From: Terracidiphilus sp.
GTDB taxonomy: Bacteria; Acidobacteriota; Terriglobia; Terriglobales; Acidobacteriaceae
Length of the DNA stretch: 64,000 nt
Reading direction: 5' to 3'
Assembly: GCF_049510455.1 (NCBI RefSeq)
Contig: NZ_JBEKYX010000005.1
Coordinates: 12,045-76,044 of the forward strand
Position 1 is the stretch's first letter, and every line of letters starts with the position of its first letter. A program made the position numbers and the translations under genes. The notes under the pieces are model-generated. The model worked only from the letters and a program-made list of their open reading frames with translations, did no database searches and was not told the DNA's origin. Shown here one piece after another: positions 17,754 through 27,925 of the stretch.

Positions 17754-18092
17754 ATGGCGAAAAAATCCGACCTTCTTCCCGGCACTCTTGACATGCTCAT
17801 CCTGAAAACGCTGGCGCGCAGCCCTTTGCACGGCTATGGCATTGCGCTTTCCATCAAGCGTTTTTCTGAAGATGCGCTGACGGTGGAAGAAGGCTCGCTC
17901 TATCCCGCGCTGCAGCGGCTGCTGCTGGCCGGATGGCTGAAGGCCGAGTGGAAGATGAGCGAGACGAATCGCCGGGCGCGCTTCTATACGCTGACACGAA
18001 CCGGGCGGAAGCAACTGGGTGTGGAGATCTCCGAGTTTGAGCGGATGATTGCGGCAATTGGCCGTGTGTTGGCCGCGCCGGAGGAGGCGTAA
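17754..18092 (+). CDS. PadR-family transcriptional regulator
   Basis: LDMLILKTLARSPLHGYGIALSIK....EGSLYPALQRL..AGWL winged-helix signature. Confidence 0.85.
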   Translation: MAKKSDLLPGTLDMLILKTLARSPLHGYGIALSIKRFSEDALTVEEGSLYPALQRLLLAGWLKAEWKMSETNRRARFYTLTRTGRKQLGVEISEFERMIAAIGRVLAAPEEA

Positions 18093-18096
18093 GCGA

Positions 18097-20736
18097 ATGT
18101 TGGGTCGGTTTTTCACAAAGCTGAGGCTCCTCGCGCGGCGCAAACGCTTCCGCAGTGAACTCGATGAGGAGATGGAGTTTCACCGCGCGCAGTCCGAGCG
18201 CGAATTTGTAAGCGAAGGCATGTCGCCCAAAGAAGCGTACTACGCCGCAATGCGGCAGTTCGGCAATGCAACACGGTTAAGAGAGCAGAGTGAGGAGGCC
18301 GTGGGATTTCGCATGGAGACAGTGATACAGGATCTTGGTTTCGCATTGCGCCAGCTCAGAAAAAATCCAGGCTTCGGCGTGACAGCCGTGCTGATTCTGG
18401 CTCTCGGCATTGGCGTGAGCGTAGCTATCTTCGGCTTTGTGGATGCGGCGCTGATTCAGCCTCTTCCATTCGCGCAGCCGAATCGGCTTGTGGACATTGC
18501 CGAGAGCTCAGCGCTCTTTCCGCGCTCCAACATTTCGCGTCCCGATTACGAAGACTGGAGGCGCTACAACACAACACTCAGCTCGCTTGAGGCCTTCGGC
18601 GGCATGAGCTATCTGCTGCACATGGGCGGGGCCACTGAGCCCGTGCCTGCGCTGCGCGTCAGCGACGGCTTCTTTCGCGTTCTCGGCGTCAAGCCGATTC
18701 TCGGCCGCGATTTTCTTCCCGGAGAAGACCAACCCGGTCGCGCGAAGATCGTCATGCTGCCGTACAGCACATGGCAGAAGCGCTTTGGTGGCCGCAAAGA
18801 TGTTATCGGTCAGTCCGTCGACTTGAGCGGCGACAATTACACCATCGTCGGCGTGCTGTCGCGCGAGTTCGTTTGGCAGCCGCGCGGCAATGCCGAGTTT
18901 TTTACTCCGCTGCTCGACAAGAACGGGTGCGAGAAGCGACGCAGTTGTCACAATCTCTGGGGTGTAGGCCGTCTGCGGGATGGCATTCGCGTGGATGCCG
19001 CGCGCGCCGATTTCAAGCGCATCTCAGCCGAGCTGGAAGCGCAATATCCCAGCTCGAACAAAGGACAGAGCGCAGCCGTCGAATCGCTCGCGGAAGCTTT
19101 CGTCGGTGACATTCGTCCCATTCTGTTCACGCTGCTGGGAGGCGCGGCGTTGCTGCTCGTTATTGCGTGCGTGAATGTGGCAAGCCTGCTGCTGGTGCGG
19201 TCGGAGAGCAGACGGCGCGAGATTGCCGTGCGCGGTGCGCTGGGTGCAACAAAGGCGCGGCTAGCCCGGCAGTTTGTAACGGAGGGTCTGCTGCTCACAG
19301 CTTTTGGATGTGCGGCGGGTCTGCTTGTGGCCGCATGGACAATGGCGCTTCTGGGCAAGCTGGTGCCAAAATCCATGGCAGACGGAATGCCATTCTTGAG
19401 CCACGCAGGGCTGAACGCGCACACAATTATCTTCGCTGCCGCAGTGGCCACGCTTGCAGCCTTCATGTTGGCCGTTACTCCGGCACTGCGTCTTGGGGAA
19501 AAAGATTTACAGCATGCTTTGAGCGAAGGCGGGCGCGGCGCAGCAGGCAGATTCTGGCAGCGTCTGGGCGCGAATCTTGTAATAGTTGAGTTGACGGTCG
19601 CAGTTGTGTTGTTAGCGGGAGCAGGGCTGCTCGGCAGAAGCTTCTACAGGCTGCTGCATGTAGAAACTGGCTTTGATCCAACGCATCTGGCAACCGTGAA
19701 CGTCATTGCGCCGGACAGCAAATATAAAACTCCCGATGACACCCGGCAGCTCTATCTTGAAATCGAGCGCAGGCTGATGGCGCTGCCCGGCGTGCAGTCG
19801 GTAGGCATGACAACCGATCTGCCAGTCCAGTGCAATTGCGACACCGACTGGATACGCATTGTCGGCAAGCCCTTCCACGGCGAGCACAATGAGGTGGACG
19901 AACGCGAAGTAAGCCCGAACTATCTCGCCACACTCAAAGCGAAACTTATCCGCGGCCGCATGATCAATGCGCAGGACGACGCATCGCATCCACAAGTCAT
20001 CGTCATCAACGAGTCGCTGGCGAAAAAGTACTTCCCCGGCGAAGACCCCATCGGACATAAGATCGGCAATGGAGAGCTTACGTCCGACTCCATGCGCGAG
20101 ATCGTCGGTGTCATCTCCGATGTGCGCGAAGGCGGCCTGCAGGAGGATCAATGGCCCGCGGAATATGAGGCCATCTATCGCTCCGCCGATACCGGATTCA
20201 CCATAGCGGCGCGGACCGCGGGAGACGAGAAGGCGCTGCTGCCGACGATGGTGAACACGCTGCGCCAGGTAGAACCCGGCCTCGGCATTTACGACGAGCA
20301 GACCATGGAGCAGCAGATTGATAGCTCGGAGACGGCCTTGCTGCATAAATTCGCCATGTGGCTTGTGGGCATCTTCGCCGCACTGGCGTTAGTGCTTGGC
20401 GTCATAGGCTTGTACGGCGTGATCGCGTACTCGGTCAGCCAGCGTACGCGGGAGATCGGTGTGCGAATGGCGCTGGGAGCACAACGCAGCACAGTCTATA
20501 AGCTTGTGATGCGACAGGCAGCGTGGCTCACAGCCGCGGGCTTGGCGCTGGGGCTGGCTTGTTCTGTGGGAGTTTCAACGTTGATGCAGAAGCTGCTCTT
20601 CGGCGTGCAGGCCTGGGATGCACCCACGTTGTTGGCTGTGGCGTTGATTTTGGGCGTGGCAGCGCTTGCCGCAAGTTTTATTCCCGCGTGGCGCGCAGCT
20701 TCCGTGAATCCCACGGAGGCGCTGCGGGCGGAGTAG
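18097..20736 (+). CDS. MacB/FtsX-type ABC transporter permease (ADOP family), copy 1
   Basis: Conserved N-terminus RFRSELDEEMEFHRAQSEREF. Two FtsX modules are present, and the C-terminus is SQRTREIGVRMALGAQR...ASVNPTEALRAE. SD GGAGGAGG precedes the ATG at 18097. Confidence 0.85.
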   Translation: MLGRFFTKLRLLARRKRFRSELDEEMEFHRAQSEREFVSEGMSPKEAYYAAMRQFGNATRLREQSEEAVGFRMETVIQDLGFALRQLRKNPGFGVTAVLILALGIGVSVAIFGFVDAALIQPLPFAQPNRLVDIAESSALFPRSNISRPDYEDWRRYNTTLSSLEAFGGMSYLLHMGGATEPVPALRVSDGFFRVLGVKPILGRDFLPGEDQPGRAKIVMLPYSTWQKRFGGRKDVIGQSVDLSGDNYTIVGVLSREFVWQPRGNAEFFTPLLDKNGCEKRRSCHNLWGVGRLRDGIRVDAARADFKRISAELEAQYPSSNKGQSAAVESLAEAFVGDIRPILFTLLGGAALLLVIACVNVASLLLVRSESRRREIAVRGALGATKARLARQFVTEGLLLTAFGCAAGLLVAAWTMALLGKLVPKSMADGMPFLSHAGLNAHTIIFAAAVATLAAFMLAVTPALRLGEKDLQHALSEGGRGAAGRFWQRLGANLVIVELTVAVVLLAGAGLLGRSFYRLLHVETGFDPTHLATVNVIAPDSKYKTPDDTRQLYLEIERRLMALPGVQSVGMTTDLPVQCNCDTDWIRIVGKPFHGEHNEVDEREVSPNYLATLKAKLIRGRMINAQDDASHPQVIVINESLAKKYFPGEDPIGHKIGNGELTSDSMREIVGVISDVREGGLQEDQWPAEYEAIYRSADTGFTIAARTAGDEKALLPTMVNTLRQVEPGLGIYDEQTMEQQIDSSETALLHKFAMWLVGIFAALALVLGVIGLYGVIAYSVSQRTREIGVRMALGAQRSTVYKLVMRQAAWLTAAGLALGLACSVGVSTLMQKLLFGVQAWDAPTLLAVALILGVAALAASFIPAWRAASVNPTEALRAE

Positions 20737-20777
20737 TGCCGGAACGAAGATACTTCCTGAAGATTGGGAGAAACGCA

Positions 20778-23399
20778 ATGCCGGATTGGATTCGCAAGCT
20801 GTCAATGTTATTCGGGCGCAACCGCTTCCGCAGCGATCTCGATGAAGAGATGGCGTTTCATCGCGCGCAGTCCGAGCAGGAGTTTGTGAACGAAGGCATG
20901 CCATCGGAAGAAGCGCGCTACGCCGCAATGCGGCGATTCGGAAACACAACGCGATTGAGAGAACAAAGCGAGGAGGTCGTGGTATTTCGTATGGAGACCA
21001 TCATTCAGGATTTGCATTTCGCACTGCGGCAATGGAAGAAGAACCCCGGCTTCGCCTTTACCGCGATCCTCATTCTTTCGCTCGGCATTGCCTCCAGCGT
21101 TGCCATCTTTGCATTTGTGGATGCAGCGCTGATCAAGCCTCTGCCGTATGCCGATCCCAATCGCCTGGTCATGCTCTTTGAGAGCATTCCTCTTGGCCCG
21201 CGCTTCCATCTCTCTTATCCCGATTACCTCGATTGGAAACGCCAGAACAAAGTCTTCAGCTCGCTCGATGTGTATGATGCCGGGCCAATGATGATGAAGA
21301 CCGGCGAAGGATTGCGTCAAGTGACCGGCTCGATGGTGAGTGCCGGTTTCTTCCGTACGCTCGGCGTCAAGCCTGTTCTTGGCCGCGATTTTTACGATGG
21401 AGAAGACAAGCAGGAAACTCCGCGCACCGCACTGCTCAGCTACTCCACATGGCAGCAGCGCTATGGTGGCAATCCAAATGTGCTGGGGCAGTCAGTGGCT
21501 CTCAACGGAGACAGCTACACCATCGTTGGCGTGCTGCCGCGCCAGTTCAGCTTCGCCCCTGCTGAGCCCGCGGAGTTCTGGCCCATTGAAAAGGCCGGCA
21601 ACACCTGCCGCGGATGTCATTCTCTCTTTGGCGTGGCGCGGCTCAAGGATGGCGTAACCCTCGCCGCAGCCTTCGCGGACATCAAAACCATCGCTGACAA
21701 TCTTCAGAAGCTATATCCCGATTCCAACCGCGATCAAAACGCATTCATGCTGCCCCTCACAGAACGCATCGTAGGCGACATTCGTCCCATTCTGCTGACG
21801 GTATTAAGCGGTGCCGGAATTCTTCTGCTCATTGCAGGCGTCAACGTTGCCAGCCTGTTGCTGGTGCGCGCCGAAAGCCGCAAGCGTGAGATGGCGGTGC
21901 GTGGAGCGCTCGGCGCTTCTCCGCGAAGGCTCGTAATGCAGTTCATAACCGAGGGATTGTTGCTCGCCGTAATCGGCGGAGTGTTAGGCCTCGTGATGGC
22001 GCAGCAGGGAATGCGGCTGCTTGCGCTTTTGATACCGAAGGACATGCTGGCCTCCATGCCGTTCCTGGGCGATCTGGGGCTGAATGCACACGTGCTTGTC
22101 TTCGCCTCCGCGCTGATTGCATTCTGCGGTGTGCTCTTTGCCTTCACGCCGCTTGTCCTGTTCAGGTTTAGCGCAATTCGTGAAGGACTAAGCGAAGGCG
22201 GCAGAACCGCTGCGGGCCTCATGTGGCGGCGATTCGGCGCCAACATGGTTATCGCGGAGTTGGCCATGGCAATGGTTCTGCTGGCCGGAGCAGGATTGCT
22301 GGGCAAGAGCTTCTATCAACTGCTGCATGCCGATATCGGGATGGAACCGGACCACATTGCGACGGTTCATCTGAACGCGCCGCCCGAGAAGTATTCGAAA
22401 GACGAGCAGCGGGCGGCGCTTGCGCGAGAGGTTCTTGCGCGCGTGGGCGCGTTGCCCGGCGTCAAGTCTGTGGGCATTACCACGAAGATGCCTATCGAGG
22501 ATGCGGACTGGACATCGTCCTTTTATATCGTTGGCCGGCCGAACGACAACGTGAATAAAGAAGTCGCTGTTCGCTATGTGACTGCGGGTTATATGGCGAC
22601 GCTGAGGACGCGTCTGATCAGCGGACGCTATTTCACCGATGACGAGGACAATTCGAAGCCAAAGGTTGTGATCGTAAACCAGACGATCGCGAAAAAGTAT
22701 TTCCCTGGCGAAGACCCTGTCGGCAAGCGCATATCCTTTAGCGATGACAAGAACGCCAGGCTGATTGTTGGGGTGATCAATGACATTCAGGAAGGGCAGC
22801 TTGACGCGAACCCGCGCGGAGCAACCTACGCCTCGTTTTATCAAAGCCCATTTGAGGCTTTTGTTGTGCTTGCACGCACTTCGCAGGATGACCGCTCCGT
22901 ACTTCCTGCCATGACGGATGCTCTGCACCAGATCGACAAGGGCATGGCCATTTACGATCCGATGACCATGGATCAGAAGATCCACGATGCACCTTCCACA
23001 TATCTGCGCCGTTCCTCGGCGTGGCTTGTAGCAGGTTTTGCTCTTGTAGCGCTGGTGCTCAGCGTAGTCGGATTGTACGGCGTGATTGCTTACTCGGTCA
23101 GCCAGCGCACGCGGGAGATTGGCGTTCGCATGGCTCTGGGCGCGCAGCGCGGCACAGTGTACGGAATGGTCATGCGGCAAGCTGCGGTGCTGACGACTGT
23201 CGGGCTCGCTCTCGGTCTGGTGTGCTCCGTAGGTGCTTCGATGCTGATGCGTAAGCTGCTCTTTGGCGTCGAGGCGTGGGACGTGCCAACTCTGGCCGGC
23301 GTAATGGTTGTGCTCGCCGTCTCAGCTTTGGCAGCCAGCTTTCTGCCCGCACGCAGGGCTGCTTCTGTCAATCCGACTGAAGCGCTTCGCGCCGAGTGA
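20778..23399 (+). CDS. MacB/FtsX-type ABC transporter permease (ADOP family), copy 2
   Basis: Paralogue of the preceding gene (RFRSDLDEEMAFHRAQSEQEF ... SQRTREIGVRMALGAQR ... ASVNPTEALRAE). Confidence 0.85.
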   Translation: MPDWIRKLSMLFGRNRFRSDLDEEMAFHRAQSEQEFVNEGMPSEEARYAAMRRFGNTTRLREQSEEVVVFRMETIIQDLHFALRQWKKNPGFAFTAILILSLGIASSVAIFAFVDAALIKPLPYADPNRLVMLFESIPLGPRFHLSYPDYLDWKRQNKVFSSLDVYDAGPMMMKTGEGLRQVTGSMVSAGFFRTLGVKPVLGRDFYDGEDKQETPRTALLSYSTWQQRYGGNPNVLGQSVALNGDSYTIVGVLPRQFSFAPAEPAEFWPIEKAGNTCRGCHSLFGVARLKDGVTLAAAFADIKTIADNLQKLYPDSNRDQNAFMLPLTERIVGDIRPILLTVLSGAGILLLIAGVNVASLLLVRAESRKREMAVRGALGASPRRLVMQFITEGLLLAVIGGVLGLVMAQQGMRLLALLIPKDMLASMPFLGDLGLNAHVLVFASALIAFCGVLFAFTPLVLFRFSAIREGLSEGGRTAAGLMWRRFGANMVIAELAMAMVLLAGAGLLGKSFYQLLHADIGMEPDHIATVHLNAPPEKYSKDEQRAALAREVLARVGALPGVKSVGITTKMPIEDADWTSSFYIVGRPNDNVNKEVAVRYVTAGYMATLRTRLISGRYFTDDEDNSKPKVVIVNQTIAKKYFPGEDPVGKRISFSDDKNARLIVGVINDIQEGQLDANPRGATYASFYQSPFEAFVVLARTSQDDRSVLPAMTDALHQIDKGMAIYDPMTMDQKIHDAPSTYLRRSSAWLVAGFALVALVLSVVGLYGVIAYSVSQRTREIGVRMALGAQRGTVYGMVMRQAAVLTTVGLALGLVCSVGASMLMRKLLFGVEAWDVPTLAGVMVVLAVSALAASFLPARRAASVNPTEALRAE

Positions 23400-23410
23400 G
23401 TGGATGTTGT

Positions 23411-23438
23411 TTGACATTGTCTGACCATGACATACAAT
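23411..23438 (+). promoter_or_regulatory. Near-consensus sigma70 promoter of the RHH-PIN operon
   Basis: TTGACA (23411-16), a 16-nt spacer, then TACAAT (23433-38). The ATG at 23446 lies 8 nt after the -10. Confidence 0.45.
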
Positions 23439-23445
23439 GATAGTC

Positions 23446-23697
23446 ATGCGTACGGCGAAGACAATTTCGATTACGCTACCGCCGGATATGCTTAGTCTGG
23501 CTCAAGCGTGCGCAGAGCGTGAGCACCGCACCATGAGTGAGCTCTTCCGTGAGGCTTTGCGGCGCTACATGGCTGGCGATGGCGAGTGGGACGCGCTGCT
23601 GAGCCGGACGCGGGCACGAGGCGCGGCGCTGGGAATGCGGAATGAGGCCGATGTGGAGCGCCTCTCAGATGAGTTCCGACAGGCACGGCGAAAGTAA
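23446..23697 (+). CDS. Ribbon-helix-helix (CopG/VapB-like) antitoxin
   Basis: MRTAKTISITLPPDMLSLAQACAEREHRTMSELFREALRRYM is a typical RHH N-terminus. An alternative ATG lies at 23437. The stop overlaps the PIN start (TAATG). Confidence 0.7.
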   Translation: MRTAKTISITLPPDMLSLAQACAEREHRTMSELFREALRRYMAGDGEWDALLSRTRARGAALGMRNEADVERLSDEFRQARRK

Positions 23698-24104
23698 TGC
23701 GCGTTGTTGCGGACACAAATATTCTGATTTCTGCACTGATGTTTGGCGGCCTTCCGGGCGCATTTCTCGATCTGGCATTGACGCAAGCGTTTACGCTGGT
23801 CACGTCACCGGCTTTGTTGGATGAACTGGATGAGAAGTTGCGTTTGAAGTTCGGCATTACAGGCATGGATGCCGATCTGATTCGAGCAAAGCTTGAAAAA
23901 AGCGCTCAAGTCATCGTTCCGCGGATTGCGCTTGCAATAGTTGCGGATGACCCCGACGATGACCGGGTTTTAGAATGCGCTTTGGCGGGGCAGGCAAACT
24001 GCATTGTCAGCGGAGACCGCCATCTGTTGCGGTTGGGCGCTTATGACGGGATCGAGATCATGAACGTTCGCGCGTTTGTGGACGCTCTCGATATCGGTTT
24101 TTGA
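23697..24104 (+). CDS. PIN-domain toxin (TIGR00305-like)
   Basis: MRVVADTNILISAL... and ...DDPDDDRVLECALAGQANCIVSGDRHLL, showing the acidic residues of a PIN fold. Confidence 0.8.
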   Translation: MRVVADTNILISALMFGGLPGAFLDLALTQAFTLVTSPALLDELDEKLRLKFGITGMDADLIRAKLEKSAQVIVPRIALAIVADDPDDDRVLECALAGQANCIVSGDRHLLRLGAYDGIEIMNVRAFVDALDIGF

Positions 24105-24119
24105 TTCTTCAGTTCCTCG

Positions 24120-25364
24120 TCACACCAGCTTCAGGAAGCTGTTCGGCTGCATCCGCGCGCCGGGGAAGACGAGGTCGAGGTTGCTTGCGCCGAGCGTATG
24201 CGTAACCATCTCGCTGAGAACCTGCCGATAGTCCGTGGTCAGCGCCAGATCGCGGCCTTCATTCAACTGCTCAGGCTCAAGGCCGGGCCACTTGCCTTGC
24301 ACCTTGCCGCCCTTCACCTCCGCGCCCAGAACGAACATGACATTCGCATGACCGTGGTCGGTGCCTCCGGTGCCATTCTCCTTGGCAGTACGGCCAAACT
24401 CGGACATGGTGACAACGGTCACGTTTTCCGCCTGATCGCCCATGTCTTTCCAGAAAGCCGCAATCGCATTCGAGAACTCGCGCAGACGGTCTGAGAGCTG
24501 ACCGTTGACCGCGCCCTGATTCTGATGCGTGTCCCAGCCATTGATGTCCGTGAATGCAGCTTCCACTCCAAGGTTCGCTTTCAGAAGCTGCGCTATCTGC
24601 TTCATGCTGTTGCCGAAATCGGTAGTGGGATAATCCGCGGAAGGCTTGTAAGAGCCAGGATTTGTGGCGCGCAACATCTTGACCGCATCAAAGGTCTCTT
24701 CGCCCGTTGCATGCAGAATCTGATCGCCGCTGGAGCCGTACATCGCTTCAAAGGCCGAAGCAGCGGGAGACGGCTTCTGGCCTGCAACAGAAAAGTTGTT
24801 CACATTATTCAGCGCAATAGCAGGAACCTTGCCGGCAAGCGTACGCGGAACATCCGAACTGAGCGCAAGCGCGCGGAAGGCCGTATGCTCGCAGGTTCCA
24901 GCGCAACGCCGGCTCAAATCTTCGGCCTGCAGCGCGCGGTTGAGCCAGCCATCATCGGTGCTTTTCACGCCGGGCGTGCCTGATTCCATAAAATCCTGCG
25001 CGTCAAAATGAGACCGGCTCATGTCAGGCGATCCGACAGCATGAATAATGGCAAGATGCCCCTGATCGTAAAGCGGCTTGAACGCGCCCATCGATGGATG
25101 CAGGCCAAATGCGCCATCGAGATCGATCACTTTATCCTGCGGCACAGCGATGGAAGGCCGCATCGCGTAGTAGTTGCGCTCGCGGTAGGGAACAACAATG
25201 TTGAGGCCATCTGCCGCGCCGCGCTGGAAGACGACGACGAGACGCTTCTTGGGAGCCGCTGCCGTCTGCGCCATCACAGTCCGGACAAGAAAATTCGGAA
25301 TAGCCGTGGTTCCGGCAAGAGCGAGAGCGCCTTTATGGAGGAAGAAGCGGCGGTTGATCTGCAT
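24120..25364 (-). CDS. DUF1501 (sulfatase/alkaline-phosphatase-like) protein with Tat signal
   Basis: N-terminus MQINRRFFLHKGALALAG is a twin-arginine signal. C-terminal motif SEFGRT..ENG.GGTDHGH. Confidence 0.85.
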   Translation of the reverse strand: MQINRRFFLHKGALALAGTTAIPNFLVRTVMAQTAAAPKKRLVVVFQRGAADGLNIVVPYRERNYYAMRPSIAVPQDKVIDLDGAFGLHPSMGAFKPLYDQGHLAIIHAVGSPDMSRSHFDAQDFMESGTPGVKSTDDGWLNRALQAEDLSRRCAGTCEHTAFRALALSSDVPRTLAGKVPAIALNNVNNFSVAGQKPSPAASAFEAMYGSSGDQILHATGEETFDAVKMLRATNPGSYKPSADYPTTDFGNSMKQIAQLLKANLGVEAAFTDINGWDTHQNQGAVNGQLSDRLREFSNAIAAFWKDMGDQAENVTVVTMSEFGRTAKENGTGGTDHGHANVMFVLGAEVKGGKVQGKWPGLEPEQLNEGRDLALTTDYRQVLSEMVTHTLGASNLDLVFPGARMQPNSFLKLV

Positions 25365-25378
25365 GAGGGAGAGCCTCC

Positions 25379-27673
25379 TTATCGGCGTTGGAACTCTGGC
25401 GAACCTAAGAGCAAACCTGCGAGCAACTGATCCTGTTTTTCAATCGGGGACGCTGGCGGCAGGTGATTCGGCTGCGGCTTCAAGACAGCAGGCACTGCGA
25501 CTACTTGCTTGCCGCCGGTGCGGAGCTTGTCGGCTTGCATCGCCATGTCAGGCGCGGCGGGTTGGACCTGTGCAGACTGTTCGGTAAACTGCTGCAGCAC
25601 GGCAGAGCGCGTAGTTTCGCTCACTCCACCACCCACGAGCAGCGATTCAAGACGCGCCTCTTCGGATTCAGGCGACGGCTTCGGCGCATCGGACTGCGTG
25701 GCAGACTGCGGAACCGCACTCGCGGATTCCGGCCACTTGGTCGTAATGCCATTGAGCTTGTTAGCAGTGAGCGAAAGCGCAAAGTTCATGCGGTTCACCA
25801 GCGCGCCGGTAGAGACCCAATCAGCAGCGTCCCATTTGTAGCCCGTAGGCGGAATCGATCCGTAAAGCGGCATGCCCATATCGCGCAGAGCATTCATGAG
25901 CGGCTGCATATTTGCGATATTCGCGTTGGAAGCGCGCGATGCTGAAACCACGTACTCAAGCGGAGTCTTGATCTTCGCGCGATACGTGTTCGAAGACCAG
26001 AACTCAGGCGAGCGATACAGCGTCTCAAGCACCGCGGCAATGTCGCCATCCGAGTGCAGAAATGTCTTGGCCATGCGATCCACAAGCGACTGCGGCGGAT
26101 CGTCGGAGACAAAACGAATCGCAAGCTTGCGCGAGATGAACTTAGCGGTAGCAGGACGCGTGGAAAGAAAGTGCAGCAGGTTGCGGCCTTCCTGTTCGCC
26201 CTTGTCCTTGAACTTCTTGCCCATCACCTTGTTTGTGCCTGGCTCATGACGGTTGGCGTCATACTTAAACCCTCCGCCGCGCTGCGGACGATCGACGGTC
26301 CAACCGGTAAGGATGCGCGCAGCCTGGATAACATCCGCCTGGCTGTAGCCGCCGTTCACGCCCAGCGTGTGCAGCTCCATTAGCTCACGCGCGTAGTTCT
26401 CGTTCAACCCCTCCGGCTTGAACTTTTTATTGCCTTTCTTGACGGCGGCCTGTGTAGCCTTTTCAACGGAAGTCGAATCCGGACCGGTACTCGATGAGTT
26501 GTCGAGATAAAGCAGCATCGCCGGGCTGTGTGCCACGGCTTCCAGCAGGTCTTCAAACTTGCCGAGCGAGTTCGGCCGGATGACGTCGCGCTCATAAGAG
26601 ACAAGATAGTAAGGCGTCGCCTCATCTTTGCGCAGATAAACATTGAAGTGGTTGAACCAGAAGTCCGTCATCACTTCCTGAAGCTGAGCCTCGGAGTAGA
26701 TGTCGCGGGTCAGGCGCTGTGAAAGAAGCTCATCCACAACCACTTTCTCAGGATTCTCCAGCGCGCCGACCGTCTCTTTCAGATCGGGCGAAAGACCGGC
26801 AAGGAGCGCGGCCCGCTGAGGGCCTTTCAGCGCCTTGAGAAATGCGTCAAAGCGGGGTTGGGGCAGCGCGGTAAGGGTCTGCACGCGCTGGCTCGGCGGG
26901 AGAGCCAGAATGGAGTCTACAAAGCCAGGTTCAATCAGCGTTTCGGCGGGCTGGGGCTGCGCAGGAGATGCTCCGGGCACCGCCATAGCATTCGCTGAGC
27001 CGCCTTGTGCGCTGCCGGCCTGACCATTTGTAGCTACTCCATTCATGGAGCTTGCGGCCGCCTGCGGCGGCTGCGCCGAGGCAGAAGACATTGCATTCGA
27101 TGCCATCGCACTCGCAACTGGTGCGGCGTTCGTCGCTGGCGTGGCATTCGCAGTAGTCTGCTGCTTCAGCTTGTCCTGCTCGCGTCTGTAACTAACGCGG
27201 GCCACCTGGTTGACATACACGGTGTGGACAGCCCCGGAAGCTGGCATGGCAGCTTTGCCGTCAATAACCTGGCGGATGACAGCGCCGCTCGGCAGGCGCG
27301 CCAGAATGTCCTCGCTGCTCCACTGCATGGCCGGATATTCCGCAAGCCGGGCCTGAAGAGCAGAGTTGTCCATGGAGCCTGGATGAAGCTGCTGGGCAAA
27401 CCACCGGTCGAGACCCGTAGAACCAGGCCCCATAGCCTTGACAGCCTTCAGATCGCCGGGTCGAAGTCCAAAAGTAAAGCGATTAAGCGCATGCAGAATG
27501 CGTTCATCGGAGGTGAGTTTGCCGGGTCGCGCAGCGAAGCGATCCAAAAGCCCAGAGCGGTCAAAAGCCGCAGGAGCAGCGGCCAATGCGGGCTGCGGCA
27601 GCGTAGAAGCGCCGAGGCAGAGGCACATAACTGCGGCCATAGAGCGGGCAACAAAGCGATCGGGGGGCTGCAT
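25379..27673 (-). CDS. DUF1800 domain protein
   Basis: HFNV, ELHTLGV..GY.Q.DV and F...P.T.KF-type motifs. It sits immediately upstream of DUF1501, the usual pairing. The start at the ATG 27673 (MQPPDRF, GGAG 9 nt upstream) is preferred over the ORF maximum at 27820. Confidence 0.8.
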   Translation of the reverse strand: MQPPDRFVARSMAAVMCLCLGASTLPQPALAAAPAAFDRSGLLDRFAARPGKLTSDERILHALNRFTFGLRPGDLKAVKAMGPGSTGLDRWFAQQLHPGSMDNSALQARLAEYPAMQWSSEDILARLPSGAVIRQVIDGKAAMPASGAVHTVYVNQVARVSYRREQDKLKQQTTANATPATNAAPVASAMASNAMSSASAQPPQAAASSMNGVATNGQAGSAQGGSANAMAVPGASPAQPQPAETLIEPGFVDSILALPPSQRVQTLTALPQPRFDAFLKALKGPQRAALLAGLSPDLKETVGALENPEKVVVDELLSQRLTRDIYSEAQLQEVMTDFWFNHFNVYLRKDEATPYYLVSYERDVIRPNSLGKFEDLLEAVAHSPAMLLYLDNSSSTGPDSTSVEKATQAAVKKGNKKFKPEGLNENYARELMELHTLGVNGGYSQADVIQAARILTGWTVDRPQRGGGFKYDANRHEPGTNKVMGKKFKDKGEQEGRNLLHFLSTRPATAKFISRKLAIRFVSDDPPQSLVDRMAKTFLHSDGDIAAVLETLYRSPEFWSSNTYRAKIKTPLEYVVSASRASNANIANMQPLMNALRDMGMPLYGSIPPTGYKWDAADWVSTGALVNRMNFALSLTANKLNGITTKWPESASAVPQSATQSDAPKPSPESEEARLESLLVGGGVSETTRSAVLQQFTEQSAQVQPAAPDMAMQADKLRTGGKQVVAVPAVLKPQPNHLPPASPIEKQDQLLAGLLLGSPEFQRR

Positions 27674-27925
27674 TCCAGTACTCCGCAACGAGATGTGCCG
27701 GATTATATCGCGGCTCGGGCTTCCATTTATGGTGACGCTATTATCGGCGGGAAGTTTCGCAAAGCCCTGTAAAAAGAGGGATTTATTTGTACCCTCCGGC
27801 AATGTATGCTTTTGGGGCACTGTTCCAGACAGTTTTCAGGCAGATGAGGCTATGCAGCTTTGAAGTGCGTGCCCGGGTTGTTAACCGATTCTGTCCGGCT
27901 TTGTTAAATAGGTAAGGAGATTTCC

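Noticed and set aside
22188-23180. 330-aa minus-strand ORF
   Set aside because: It is antisense to the second ADOP permease and has His/Arg-rich shadow composition.
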